64,000 bases of DNA, taken from contig JAQGDQ010000344.1 of NCBI GenBank assembly GCA_030141605.1, positions 188,826 to 252,825 on the forward strand. The letters run 5' to 3'. Positions 42,324-56,747 of the stretch are shown here, piece after piece. Positions within the stretch are counted from its first letter, which is position 1, and each line of letters starts with the position of its first letter. This DNA is from Tubiluchus corallicola (taxonomy: Eukaryota; Animalia; Priapulida). Made by a program: the position numbers and the translations under genes. The notes beneath the pieces were generated by a model that worked only from the letters and a program-made list of their open reading frames with translations, was not told the origin of the DNA and made no database searches.

Positions 42324-43475
42324 TTACGTCATTCCTATCCACTCTGTAGGCCAGTAGTCATGTGGTACAAATTTAAACGTAGGATCAGCACTCGAGTCCA
42401 CCATATGAGCATAATAGATGACTGTACCATCCAACATATAACCTGCCCACCAACCAAACGTACCTATAGTTGTAATTAAGTGATCACAGAGATGACTTAA
42501 AATGTACAAATCTATTTCCGGTTTGGCGTTGAGGGGCATTAAAATTGCATCTTGTAACCGAACGTTCTGTTGTATCCAATCACGGTCTTCGCCAAAAATA
42601 AGGAATACCACGTTTTGGTAATTTGCTTGAAAGTACGACATCGCTTTGGTTAGATATTCCTTCGTCGCTGCTTGTATGTGTTTCAGCAGCAATAGATCCC
42701 CTCTTCTGATGTGAACTCCAACAAGAGTGGTCTTGTTACCAACTCTCCCGCTTAAAGAGCGCTCTAGTGTGTCTTTAGCAATAGCCACAGTGTCATCTGT
42801 AAACGTGAACTGATCAATAATATCATCTTTCCATTCATGGAAATATTTATAGGACTGTAAGTATCCTTCCACATTAACACTTTTCTCTGTTATTTCTCTC
42901 ATTCTAAACACTTTTGGCATAAACAAGGATGGTTCATTTGGCTTGAACAAGACACGAAAGAAATTGTGCATCAAAATGTCTTCAGATACCTTTACTGGAG
43001 TCGCCTTCAACTTGGTGAACACTTTGAACAAGGGGAAGTAGTTCTGAAGTATTGGCGTCATGTTATTGGCTCTTGCAATGCCGTAGAGAGAAGCGTACTC
43101 AAACATGTGATTGCCCAGACGTCCTGGAAAGATTCGACGAAGAGTAATGTAGTTGTTGCTTTGAGGAAGATATTCTTCGGTTCTATTGTTGTAAAGTGGG
43201 ATAATTCCTTTGTATTTTGCTAATCTTTTTTCTTCCCTCTCTTTTTCTTCTTCTGTCATAAATGATTTGCTGTCTTCAGTGGACCACCTCGCCTGTCCCT
43301 GTATCTCGGTGTTGTGCAGGGAGGTAGGAACATCTGCTGCGCCATTTTCCGTGCCGTCTTTTCTCGATGAAGCATCTTTACGAGTTTGCATGAACACGCC
43401 ATAAAAACAAATGCAAAGAAATAAACTGAGAGCATATCGTTCTGGTTGCGAAACTCGGTGGAGACGCCAATCCAT
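42324..43475 (-). CDS. Alpha-1,2-fucosyltransferase (glycosyltransferase family 11, FUT1/FUT2-like), 383 aa, intronless CDS
   Basis: N-terminal TM segment (YALSLFLCICFYGVFM), stem region, and motifs GRLGNHMFEYA, GYLQSYKYF, VGVHIRRGD and GTFGWWAGY. A probable 5'UTR acceptor lies at ~43507. Confidence 0.93.
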   Translation of the reverse strand: MDWRLHRVSQPERYALSLFLCICFYGVFMQTRKDASSRKDGTENGAADVPTSLHNTEIQGQARWSTEDSKSFMTEEEKEREEKRLAKYKGIIPLYNNRTEEYLPQSNNYITLRRIFPGRLGNHMFEYASLYGIARANNMTPILQNYFPLFKVFTKLKATPVKVSEDILMHNFFRVLFKPNEPSLFMPKVFRMREITEKSVNVEGYLQSYKYFHEWKDDIIDQFTFTDDTVAIAKDTLERSLSGRVGNKTTLVGVHIRRGDLLLLKHIQAATKEYLTKAMSYFQANYQNVVFLIFGEDRDWIQQNVRLQDAILMPLNAKPEIDLYILSHLCDHLITTIGTFGWWAGYMLDGTVIYYAHMVDSSADPTFKFVPHDYWPTEWIGMT

Positions 43476-43799
43476 CAGATTGTGATTATTCTGACGTCAG
43501 CATTTCCTGTAATCATGACATTAATGCAATTTTAACACAATTACGTAATAACCAATTAGTTTGTGCAACTAAAGCAGAGAGAAAGAACAGAAAAAGAGAG
43601 GGAGAGAGAGAGAGGGGAGAGAGAGGGAGGTAGGGAGGAAAGAGAGAGGGAGAGGGAGAGAGAGTGCAAATCGTGAATGCTTTTCATGGAGTTTCTGTGG
43701 AAGCACGCATGTTCCAGCTGAACTATGAACTTTGTAGTATATGAGGCGTAATGAGTTATGATAAAAAACCACAATGTATTATAACCAGTAAAGTTTTTT

Positions 43800-44340
43800 T
43801 TTCAAAAATGACTTACGTGAAAGAATTATTACCATACAATTTCGCATTCGCGCCACTAGTTCTTCGCTGTTACATGCATTTCGCCATATTCGCTGGTTAG
43901 ACGGGCACTAGCGCCTGCATTTCGGAAACGCATTGCACAAAAAACAGGTGCTGTATCTCTCAGTCAGATGTGTTAGTTTGTGACGAACTACACACGTTCG
44001 ACAGTTCATGCGTGAGCACAGCGGTAAATTTGAAACTCGAATATTATCTTAGAGCTTGCCATGTTTTAGTACAATACACTGAATCTCTTACAGAAGCACT
44101 GTACTTCAATTTTCACTTTCGCAAACACGTGCAAAACGTACAACAGAATGTTTTTGATGTTGAAAATTATGTTAGTTTGTGATGTCATCAATAGTTGGGC
44201 TCGCTCGCTGTTGATTATGTTTTTACTGTATTATTAAATTATCAGAAACGCTTTTGCACTATTAACTGTGTTAAAATGTATACTTTCTATCAAACTTGAA
44301 AATGAGATAGTATGTGAAAAATCATCCTGTCTTCCTTTAA
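43800..44340. mobile_element. Kolobok-like non-autonomous element, family 1 (partial copy)
   Basis: Homologous to 51095-51688, 53634-54174 and 55399-55969; ends in tcctgtcttccTTTAA. Confidence 0.65.
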
Positions 44341-45726
44341 GATAAGATCGTTTTCCACTCAAAATTAAATGCTCTTTATGATCAGTTTTTATCTGTTCTT
44401 TTTGGCTTCTTCTGCACTGTGGGTGCAATTATTTCCTGACACTCCGTAGCATTTGCCAGTATATAAATGCAAGAAGTCCAAATCACAATAACATTTAGTG
44501 AAAAACACGAGTCTAAAAAGATACACGCATTACAATTCCAATGAGCAAAAATTCAAATACTTCCAGATGTACTTTTTCTAACTTGCAAAATTTAGTTCAT
44601 TTTCTTGTTCTACTGAAATTTTCAATGATATGGCTTATATAAAAACATACTTATATACACACAGATGCACACCCTGAATCCTGGCTCGTACGCCTATGAT
44701 TACGACTCGCCAAGCTCATAGTGCAGTGCATAGTATTATCGAGCCATGGTATAGTAATAATGATGATAACGATGATGACGACGACGACGACGACGACGAC
44801 TACTGCGGCGACGATGATGATAATGATGATGATTAAGACGATAGAAGAAGATGATGATGATGCTGTTGAAAATTGTGTTCGTTTGTGATGTCCGTTAATT
44901 AAGTTTTAACGTATTATTTATTTATCAGAAACGCTTTTGCAGCATTAATTGTGTTAAAATGTATACTTTTATCGGTCTTCCTTTAACATTTAAATCATTC
45001 TGTGTTTTTGTGAGAACGAAAACCGAGTCAGTTTTAAAGTAATTTGGCAGTTGAGCAATTCGTTGACTATATATCAAAGACTATATCTTACCTGAATCGT
45101 TGTGCTCGATAGCTCTAGGCTTTAGACATAACTCTAGTTCGTAACTTCATAACTTTGTTGCTTTTTGCGGAAATTATGCACGATGTAATTGCCTACAGTT
45201 CCCTGTTGCACAAAAAATGACTGATGGAATACCCCACTGATTTTGCTAACGCAAGGATTTTGAGCGCTTGGGGGTTGCTGACCTTTTGTTGGGAAAACCA
45301 ATTTTCTGCACGTCAACGCACGGTTAGAGATGCAATTCATGCATGTAGAGCGGCGGAGGGAGTTTGTATGAGGGGTGCCTCAAACAGTCTCTGTTCATTT
45401 ATTTTTATTTGCCTTTCTGAATACATTATAGATGTTTTCTAGTCATCAAATTTGTTGCCTGTTTTTTTTTCGAACTTTTCTCCAATCTCGGATGCTTGTT
45501 ATGGCAATCTATGAGAAGTCTTTTGGTATTTAAACTTTAACTGGGTAAGCATTATTTTAACCACGAGAGATTTTCTCGACGCAAGATTCCCCTGCTCATT
45601 GGACTGATCGCTACAGCCCTCTGGAGTGGAGTATTGTAATTTGACAGAAAAATTTATGCAACAAGACTAAAGCCCCTCAAGAAATTGAAAATATTAGTAA
45701 TGTAAACATTCTAACGTGACATGATA

Positions 45727-45764
<38 letters not shown>

Positions 45765-46655
45765 AAAATCCTGTATACCAAAGCGACAGTATTTATATAC
45801 AGAGTGATTACATTTTTCCCCGCCCATATTCTTGTAAATATAAAATGATTTGTTTTAGTATCTGTACGTTGCAAATATCAATGTTTACTGTGTTTGTAGT
45901 GATAGCTATGCACCTGACGCATTTGTCTTTTTACAGTGTTTTATGCACTGATGAGTGTAATATGCAGATGTAATTTTTATTAACATTTGTAATCTTCAGA
46001 AGTTTTATAAGACAATTAAAGATTTTATCTATATATATATATTAGTAGACATCACATAATACTTAGTAGACGTCACAATTTAATATTTGATCATGGGAAT
46101 TTCTATCCCGACACCTTACAGTGTCTTTATTAAGTATAGAGATAGCTTTGCCTCTAAACGTGGGGGAAAACCTGCTCCGTCAATTATCACGGCAATCAGG
46201 TCTTTCCCAACGAGTTATTTCCTGCCTTAGACTTTATACAAGGCCTATTCATTTAACACATTACACTGTTAAAGATGGGATAAGACAGGTTTCCTATTGT
46301 ACATACGTGCACAATAAAACTACAGAAGTAATTATGTACTCTTACTTTAACTACTTCGTACAGTAATTCGCTTATTTCGGAAATGAGTTTCCGACAACGA
46401 AATTAATGACGTTAATTAATCAATTAAACTCTGCAAAGTTCTATAATTACAGCATCAGTAACAAAACGTTGCCGAAGCACTATATTTTGTAATTTTAACT
46501 GAACAAAATAAAATCAAATTTGTGGCGCAGTGGAAAAGGTGAAGCAAAAACAAAAAGTATTTTGGCACAAATGTTAAATTAAAATAAGCTAATGTTTGTT
46601 TTTAATATTATACCAATCTCTCACAGTGTCTTTTTTCTTTTAGCAGCAATTTCTT

Positions 46656-47213
46656 TTAAAGGAAAGATCAAGCCTTCTAGGAGGCAAGCCTTGTTTCGAT
46701 GTTCGCGAAAAATGTTAGAAGGAATTAGTAACAAAACTGCAATAAGCGCCTCCTGAAATTAGTAAAATCACTTTAAAGTCGTGATCACTTCATGCTGTGG
46801 CGCTCCCATTTTCAAAACCCATTCTTCTTCCAATGACGTCATACGTCCCTAAGAAATCTATCAATCTTCATCAAAAGTATAATAAATTTTTAAAAAAATT
46901 AGGTAGCTAATATTGCATTATTTTTACGTGAACATTAGCTAAGCTGCAGAAGTTTGAATTAATTTAAGCTGCTTGCGCTTACGGAAAGCCACGATGCGCT
47001 TACGAAAAGTCACGAAGTCTCCCAGTTATGTCATAATTTTCAAGTGAATGGCGGCATCCACCACACCTGAAAATTTCTATTCAGAGGTAGCATATTTTAA
47101 ACTTTATGCTTCATAGGCAGTTGTTTGCAAATTTCTTTGTTATATTTTTCTACGTTTAAGTTATAACAGTAAAATAAACCTAACACACTGAGCGACTTGT
47201 TCTTTTCTTTGAA
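46656..47213. mobile_element. Kolobok-like element, family 2, copy 1
   Basis: TTAAAGGAAAGATCAAG ... CTTGTTCTTTTCTTTGAA; inverted homologue at 48032-48461. Confidence 0.6.
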
Positions 47214-47657
47214 AAAACTACCGGGAAAACTTAGCAGACAAGCGAAACTGTTATGCTTAGACGAGTGATTCTCAAACGGAAGACACTTGACTCACAAATA
47301 GGGAAGGAATTTCAAAACTAGGGGAGAACTTTTGCCAGGGGAGAAATTGGAGAGGAATTCAACTAGAAAGAGGAATATTTGGTGGGAAGGAATTGGATTT
47401 AAATGAAGAACTCTCAATCGGGAAAGAATGTTCGATTTTACACTTGTTATGAAACACTTAAAACCCCATCTCTTTAATGTTTAAATAACTATTTTAGTAA
47501 CTTTGTAGTTGTAACATTCTCTCAATTGCTGTAAAGCGCTCTGAGACATGTTGTGTAAGGCGCTTAACAAAAATAAAATAATAATAATAACAATAACAAT
47601 TTATTAATAATTATATAATGAATAATAATAATAATAAATTATATAATTATTAATGAA

Positions 47658-47706
<49 letters not shown>

Positions 47707-48031
47707 ATCCCAATAAAACATCAATATACAGAAGAGTTGGCTTCTCTGATCCATGCTTGTGTTGCATCAGAATTCAAATAGAAGATTTGTTTTCCCAGAA
47801 TTTTGTTATCTAATCAACCAGCAAGTCAATAATCAATCATTGAGCTTCAATAGCAATCAGTACCTTAAAAATGTAACTTGAACTTAGACGTGAACACATT
47901 CGCTATTTTCTAGTTAATAAAAACCTGAATACAAATATTTGAACCAGTATATGGTCAGCAGTTGATTTTTGCAATTGAAGTCAGAATATTAGTCAGAAAA
48001 GAATTGCCAGTCGCGAATACCTGCTTACTTA

Positions 48032-48461
48032 TTAAAGAAAAGTACAAGCCTCTTTGTATGTTGGGTTTATTTTACCGTTATCCCTTAAACTGAGAAAAAT
48101 ATAACAAAGAAATTTGCATAAAGCATAAATCTAGAATATACTACCTCTGAATAGATACCGCCTAAACTAATTCAAACTTCTGTAGCTTAGCTAATGTTCA
48201 CGAATAAATATTACAAAATCAGTATTCTATTTTTTTGCAAAAACTTATTATACTTTCACAGAATTTAACAGGGCGCTACTTTTCTTCACCTGTTGAGTGA
48301 CGTCATTGCCGGAACAATGGGCGTTCAAAATGGAAGCGCCGAACCGTGAAATGAAGGCGACTTTAAATTTGTTTTACTGGCTACGGGAGGCGCTTATTCT
48401 AACATTTTCCCTGAACATCGAAAAAAGCCCAGCTTCATAGAAGACTTGTCGTTTTCTTTAA
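48032..48461. mobile_element. Kolobok-like element, family 2, copy 2 (inverted)
   Basis: TTAAAGAAAAGTACAAG ... CTTGTCGTTTTCTTAA; reverse-complement similarity to 46656-47213. Confidence 0.6.
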
Positions 48462-48542
48462 TTTCTCTCCCTCCCCAGAAGGCTGAATAAAAACTGAATA
48501 TATAATTGATACTGATAATGATGATAAATCTTTATTTGCACA

Positions 48543-48544
<2 letters not shown>

Positions 48545-48627
<83 letters not shown>

Positions 48628-48755
48628 CACACACACACACGCACGCACGCACGCACGCACGCACGCACACACGCACGCACGCACGCACGCACGCACACAG
48701 ACACACACACACATATATATGTATGTATATAAATATGTATATACAAGTATATATA
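48545..48755. repeat. (CA)n/(CACG)n/(TA)n microsatellite
   Basis: Direct reading. Confidence 0.95.
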
Positions 48756-50261
48756 CAGTACGGTCAATTATAATTATGTTCTTAGTACATGTACCACAAA
48801 CTTGCTTATAAAACATTTTAGCAAATATCTGTAATAATTAAGGTCCATAATAAGAGAATTCATTTAGATTACACTGTTAAGAAAGTATTAAAAATGACAA
48901 ACTTTTCTACATGCACGCTTTATTTACAAGTATATAAGAACAAAGACTTTTGCTAAAATTTACCATGAAACCAGGATAATTTTTGCCTATATATAACCAG
49001 GTCATATATAAAGTTTTTAAGAACTCCCGAAGACACAACAGCTTCTTTTTATTATTCCATAATCTCAAAAGCACGTTTAAACGACGCGTTATAATAATAT
49101 TCAGATTTTTTGCTCGCGTTCACACGTAGTTTATTAAAACGACACTGCTAATTAGGGCAAACAAAGCCAATGAAGTGTCACGTGACCACAGGGAAGCCAG
49201 CAGTGTTGACAGGATTTGGCGCGGCAAGCACACCAGCGTGGCTGCATGGCTTATATGAAACAGTTGTTGAAGACGATTGTTATTTGTAAACGATGTGGGA
49301 AAAGTGAAAATACAGGAAAGTAAAAGATTAGTGCTCCGGTTCATGGCCAAGAATACAAAAAATTCACGTTATTGTGAACTAACCTGGACAAAAGCTTTAG
49401 AAGTTAGAAAATACGCGATATAAACTTTATAAAGTTGTGAAAATGAACGCCGTTTGGTTTATTGGTTTAATAGTTTTGACAACTTTCGTTAGATCAGACG
49501 CCGGGTATGTTACTTCCTATTTTCTTATTTGGTCTCCAACGCTTCGTTGCTTCGAAGGGAATTCTTACCCTTAATAAAAAATATAATACTTAGTTATATT
49601 ACGCATATCTGTTTGAGAGACTTATGTAACCGTAAAAGAAACTTCTTAGTAATTTAAAATGATCTCGTCACCTACTAATGTCTCATTGTTTCACAATCCC
49701 AGCGTGCACGCCACTGGTTCACCCAAAGACATATTAGTAATCTTATTGACAGTATAAAGTAATTTAAGCTTTTACTTTGTTATTGAAGCGTGCGTTATGA
49801 ATGCTCTGATTATTTTTACCAAGTTTGCGCAATGTTATCCAAACTTGTTTCAGACAATCTACATTAAAATGGCTGCACTAACGGTCATTGTGGGAGTTTA
49901 ATTTTCAAGTCTTATGTTACGTTGCTACTAACACAAGCTCTTTGTGCAATAAGACAGCATGTAGGTGATACAAAATTTTACAACGAATTTTTTAACTTCA
50001 AGTAAGAATAATGTTTTCTTCTACTTTGAAGAAGAAATAAAGACAGATATTCATAGTAAATAAACATGCTTCTTAAATAACCGATATATCCACTTTCATT
50101 GCTTTAAAAAACTGGCATAAAAACTCCTAATTGTAGAATTAGAAAGTCTCTTATTTTTTAGAGAAATAAGATACAAGAAAAGATAACTTATGTAAATGTA
50201 TTTTGTTTTGTAATACATTTTATGATTTGCTTACAAGCTGGTACCGTTTGCTGTAAAATAA

Positions 50262-50628
50262 GTAACAGAGAAAGGGAGTTAGAGTTACTTCTAAGAGTAA
50301 TGTATTTGATGTATGTGCGGTAACAGAAAAAGTGAGTTATTTCTAAGAGTAATGTATTTTATGTAACAGAAAAAGAGAGTTACTTCTAAGAGTAACGTAT
50401 TTGATGTAACAGAAAAAGGGAGTTACTTCTAAGGGTAATGTATTTTATTTGATGTAACAGAAAAAGAGAGTTACTTCTAAGAGTAATGTAGTTGATTAAC
50501 AGGAAAAGGGAGTTACTTCTAAGGGTAATGTATTTGATGTAACAGAAAAAGGTAGTTACTTCTGAGAGTAAAATATATTTGATGTAACAGAAAAAGGGAG
50601 TTCCTTCTAACGGTAATGTGTTTGATGT
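50262..50628. repeat. ~43-bp minisatellite, about 8 copies
   Basis: Unit gtaacagaaaaagggagttacttctaagagtaatgtatttgat. Confidence 0.9.
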
Positions 50629-51094
50629 TCTTTCTAGGCTCCGACAGGCTAGGTTTCAAATACCAGCTTTCAACGATTCAACAATTATTACAACGATCAT
50701 TCATCAATATCTTTTTCAATATTTTTTAAAAATTTACAAACTTTTACAACAGTTGAATTAATTGTCAAATATTGGCAAATTGACTGAATGATTATTGATT
50801 GATTGGTAATTCTACTTGACGAAGCTATGCTTCCAAGTATGCAGTAATAGCACAGCACGCCCTCTTGGATAAAACAAATACATGTATATTGAATATTATT
50901 ACGCTTAATTAGCGCCACGTTGGACATGTAAATTTCAATCTCCGACGTTAGGTACGGTAGGCAGCTGTTTTAGTAGCTGGTCTTAAAAACTTAAAGGGAG
51001 TAATTTTACATTTTGTAAACACAGAAGAAACAGTAGCAATGTATAAGTCATTGATTTAGTAATACTGAAACATATTATGACTTCCTGAATAAGC

Positions 51095-51688
51095 TTAAAA
51101 GAAAACAGGATGACATTTCACATTCTACCACAATTTGAAGTATGGTTAAAAAAAACTATACATTTCAACACCTATGATAATGCCAATGTGTTTCTGATAA
51201 TTAAATAATAAGTTAAAACCTTAATTAATGATGAGCAAGCCCTTTGGTGGCTAGAGATGACATCACAAATAAACATAAGCCAAAATTAAAGTGCAGTGCC
51301 ACTGTAAGATATTCAGTGTAATATACAAAAATTCCACAAATTTTAAGATAGCAATTTAAATTCAAAAATTACCGCTCTGCTCACGCATGAGCTCTCGAAC
51401 ATGTGTATTACGTCACAAACGAACTCGTCAAAACTGAGAGGTACAGCACCTGTTCTTCATGCAACGTGTTTCCGAAATGAAGGCGCTAGTGCTCGTTTGA
51501 CTAACGAATGGCGAAATGCCTGTAACAGTGAGGAACTAACCGCGGGAACACGAAATAGCTCTTGTGTGGTAATAATTCTTTCATGTGAGTCGTAAGTCTT
51601 TCTTTTAAAAATGGCATGTTCACTTTCAATATTTTAAAGAGTAGATTGTTTTGACCTACAGTTTAAGATTGAGTCCTGTTTTCCTTTT
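51095..51688. mobile_element. Kolobok-like element, family 1 (full copy, reverse orientation)
   Basis: TTAAAAGAAAACAGGA ... TCCTGTTTTCCTTT termini. Confidence 0.7.
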
Positions 51689-52532
51689 TATAATAAAATA
51701 ATTCGTGAGTAAGGTGAGTAAGCTGTTCATGTAATTATTTTTCTGAGTTACTGATGAATGCTAGATGGCGGGATAGTAACTTCATGGAAGACACAAATGC
51801 ACATGGCGTGTATAATTCAAATTGTTAAGAAGTTTCTTTTTTTATTCACACAGAATTTTCATTTTGCCCCCCCAAGTGATAAAACACCACATTCTTCCAG
51901 GTGCAGAATTCTGCAGCGAGACTATTTCTTAAAAAAGAGATTTGAGTCGAAATGTTAAGAATTTAAGTGTATAATTTAATCAGCAACTGTTTGAAATGAA
52001 GAACAGGTTTTTACTCAATGAGAAAGAATCAAAAAGTTGAGCTGGAAAAATCAATCAGCGTTTTACAGTGTGTCAGCACTATGCATTTTCATAGTGGTAT
52101 TTGATGTTTGTCTAAATTTGACAAGTCTAACAAACAAAAACTTTTTCAGCCCGAACAAGGCGCCGCGCCTGATCTCTTTGCTTTTACCCTGATGCAGATG
52201 GAATTTTAAAAATCAGAAAATAACTTAATCAATCATGCAGGATCAACTAACGCAACAAACAAATTTGTGAAATGGCTGGATTTTCTAAACAGTGAATTTA
52301 GCTGGCTGTTCTTGCAATGGCAAGTTTACTTTAGTAAAAGTTTGATCAACAGACGGTGATACAATTAAATGAAAGCAAATGAAGCCATCTTCAAACTTTG
52401 AACAGGAAATCAACTTAAATGCAAGGAAGCCAGCAAGTTTCTAGTGATCTAAATAAAATTAGAGACTGAACTGTACAGCCAGTCAGGAGCAGAAAGTAAA
52501 ATTGGGAGAGAAGAAGAGAAGAAAAGAAATTG

Positions 52533-53004
<472 letters not shown>

Positions 53005-53633
53005 TTGCTGTAGAATATACTGGTGTAAACAATGGTTTTTGGTTACAAGTAACAACGGCTTTTCAGCGTATAAAATTATTTACACAAGAGAGCATTTCGT
53101 ACAAAAACTTTAACATAGTCAACATTTCGATGTTAAAACACTCAATATTTCAACCAGTGGCTTATGCGAAACGAGGAAAGTTTTAAATTCAGTGCTGACA
53201 GTACAGGTAGGAAAAGTAGAAAAAGTTAATTCACTGCACCAACTTTCTAATAGAATTTATAAGCGTGCAACAAAGCGTAGATGTCTGGTAAACAGACAGT
53301 TCCTTCACCTATAACTACTCCAATAGTCACGATAACCACAAATACCCCACTGATTCGATCCAGTTAGGAAAATATTTATACATATTCCGGGAAATAACAT
53401 GTCTCAAATATGGTTCAAGTTTTCCAAGTTTCTGACGACCAGTGGGCTATTATAACAGCTTAGAATGTTTAGTTAGCATCACTGAGGCCGTCAGTTATTG
53501 CAAATGCAAAAGTAAGTTAGCGCAGTGGTATTTCCGGTCAAAACCGGAAGCCGATGTGACTTTTGGTTTGTAAATTCAATTCTTTAGCTTGTTTAACAAA
53601 GGGCAAGTCATGAGAGAAAGTGGACAATACATT

Positions 53634-54174
53634 TTAAAAGAAAACCGGACTCAATCTTAAACTGCAAGTCAAAGAGATATACTCTTTATAATATTGAAAA
53701 GCAACATACTATTTTCAAAGAATGACTTACATGAAAAAAAAATCATTCCCACACAAAAGTAATTTCGTGTTCCCGCGGCTAGTTCCTCGCTCTTACACGC
53801 ATTTCGCCATTCGCTAGTTTGACGGGTGCTAGTGCTTGCATTTCGGAAACGCATTGTACAAAAATTGGAATTTGAAATTTTATCTTAAAACTTGCCTAGT
53901 ATTTGTACAACACGCTGAATCTCTTACAGTAGCACTGTACTTCAATTTTCGCTTTTGCAAACACGTGTAACACGCTCGTGGAATGTTTTTGCTTTTGAAA
54001 ATTATGTTACTTTGTGATGTCAACCCCAGTTGGGCTCGCCCGCCGTTAATTAATATTTTAATCTATTGTTTAATTATCAGAAACGCTTTTGCACTATTAA
54101 TGGTGTTAAAATGTATACTTTTATCGCACTTGAAAATTTTGTAGTATATGAAAAATCATCCTGTCTTCCTTTAA
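53634..54174. mobile_element. Kolobok-like element, family 1
   Basis: TTAAAAGAAAACCGGA ... TCCTGTCTTCCTTTAA. Confidence 0.7.
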
Positions 54175-54753
54175 CTTCTTGTAAGTCTTTTCTCCGAGTT
54201 CTGCTTCATAATTTCAGGGAAAACCTTAACTGGTGCTTTTTTAAACTGATATGAAAATTAGTGCAATAATATTTGTGTGCATTAGTAAAACATAAAATCG
54301 TCTATACGTTAAAAGAGAGATTATATCTTATAATTTTAAGCTGAAATGTGTTAATTGTTTTTCGTTAAACAAGAAATAAGTCATTGAGCACTTAAATTTA
54401 AGATTCCTCACGAAAATAGAACGCATTATTTCTACCATGCGACAATTTTCCTCGTAAGGAGGACGCATAGCTTCTAGTTAGAAACAAAATTTCTCACGAA
54501 GAACTGCACGAGGAAATTTCCCCGTGAGGTGTCACTGTGAACTGCGCCAATGAAAACAATGCGTTCCATTTTCGCGTGGAATGCCGCAAAGAATTTGTCC
54601 TTGACGAATTTTGACGCGTGTCATCACTGTGAAATGGGTTTTAAATCGCGAAATTTTTAGATGTTGATTGCACGAATAAACTAATGTAAATATGTATGTT
54701 GAGCGAGACTGTTTATACAAGAAGTAAATGTATATATTTATATTCCATGACCA

Positions 54754-55141
54754 CAGGGGCGTATCTACTAATGTGCAAACTAGGCTGTAGACTAGGGCGC
54801 CAGATTTTAGGAGTCCAGTGTTAAAAAATTCTCTCCTTGGAAAATGTGTATCCTTTCGTATTCATAAAAAGCGCATATTTTACAACACACCGCAAGCGCA
54901 TGCTTTTATGTAAGTACACTAATTACATAGAAAGTACTACACCACAAGCAGTTGCGCAGCCTGACTGGATATAAAAGCTACGCAAATATACGTAATAACA
55001 TGCTCGTAGATAATAGTAACGTTAACACACCACAAGTAATTGTGCAATCCTACAGGTATATAAATAGCCGTGTAGCCATGATAGAAATGAGTTAGACCTG
55101 CACTATCGGTCAAGGGCGCCGTAACGCCTGATACGCCCCTG
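54754..55141. mobile_element. hAT-type MITE
   Basis: TIR CAGGGGCGTATC / GATACGCCCCTG; degenerate 8-bp TSD catgacca / tatgatca. Confidence 0.75.
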
Positions 55142-55398
55142 TATGATCAAAACTTCAATAAACCACCAGCTAAGACGAACTCAGTCCTTATATCACATTT
55201 TATAATCTCCTTTTCTGAAAACTTGCATTTTTAAATGTTTATATCTTTACAAACTTACAGCTTCGAGCTTTTTAAATCGTTATATCTTTTTTTATATTAC
55301 AAGCCTATATCTTTACGAGGCTGTATCTTTACAAGCAACAAAATTCCCTGCAAACTATGTGCAACGTCTAACCATCTGTTAACATGAACGAAATATCT

Positions 55399-55969
55399 TT
55401 AATGGAAAACATGACCATTTTTCATATACATGTATTACCCCATTTTCAAGTACGGTAAAAAGCATACATGTTAACACAATTAATACTGCGATAATTAAAT
55501 AATAGATTAAAATCATAATTAACGGCAGGTGAGCACAACTATTGATGACGTCACAAACGAACACAATTTTCAACAGCAAAATCATTCCACGAGCGTGTTG
55601 CACGTATTTGTGAAAGCAAAAATTGAATTACAGTGCTACTGTAAGATATTTAGTGTGCTGTACTAAAACTAGGCAAGTTTTAAGATAAAAATTCAAATTT
55701 ACCGCTGTACTCACGCATGAGCTGTCGAACGTGTGCAGTTTGTCACAAACTAACACATTTGAACTGAAAGGTACAGCACCTGTTTTTGTGCAAAACATTT
55801 CCGAAATGCAGGCGCAAGTGTTCGTTTAATTAGCGAAATGTATGCAACAGCGAAGAACTAGTGGCACGAACGCGAAATTGTGTTTCACATAAGTCATTTT
55901 TGAAAAATAGTATGTTTAGTTTCAATATTTTAAAGATTAGATCTACAGTTTAGGATTGGCTTTGCTTTA
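55399..55969. mobile_element. Kolobok-like element, family 1 (reverse orientation)
   Basis: Colinear with 51095-51688; bounded by TTAA. Confidence 0.65.
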
Positions 55970-56747
55970 AAGTTCTTCACCTAAACGTCACTAACAGCTT
56001 CGTTAGAGGTACACCCAAACTACAGTTAATTTTAGTCTTCGAGTCGACTCAAACAGGCGAATTAATGAACGAATTAGGAAATGACAACTTAAATTTTGTG
56101 CATGGCATCAAAAATGTAAATTTAATATCATCACTAACTCACTTTGTAAAATACTCTTTTATTTTAAAATCTTGCTGCTAAATATGAGTAAAATGGGTCT
56201 TAAGTTGAGCAGTTATTGAGATAATTTGTTGTAGCTTTTTGAGGACTTATTGCATTGGGATTTTAAAATTTAGTATATTAGTATATTTAACTGCATTTTT
56301 ATGTTAATAGACAAGAGCTTTGCGTATTAACAACCTTGATTTTACCACTCATTTTAATACTCTTTGTTTAACATCACAGTAAATAATGTTATACGCAGCA
56401 GTAATAGTGGTAGTGGTAGTGGTAGTGGCAGTGGCAGTGGCAGTGGCTGTGGCAGTGGCTGTGGCAGTAGCAGTAGCAGTGGGTGGCAGTGACAGTGGCT
56501 TTGGTATGGCAGTGGCAGTGGCAGAAACAGTAGTAGTAGTAATGTTTATTCTCCAAGTTTCGTGCAACAACCAGTTTAAACATTACATAACAATTTTTAC
56601 GATTTCATGACATATACCGTGTGAAACCTGGGCACTGTAGTATTTTGTTAACAAATTAAGAATAACAAGGCAATTATGTTAACACGGTAATTACAGGCAC
56701 CTAATGAGCTATTTACCCAAATTATAAATGGTACTGCTCGTTTATGT

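Noticed and set aside
50262-50628. 43-bp array as a CRISPR-like locus
   Set aside because: Plain head-to-tail minisatellite without spacers.
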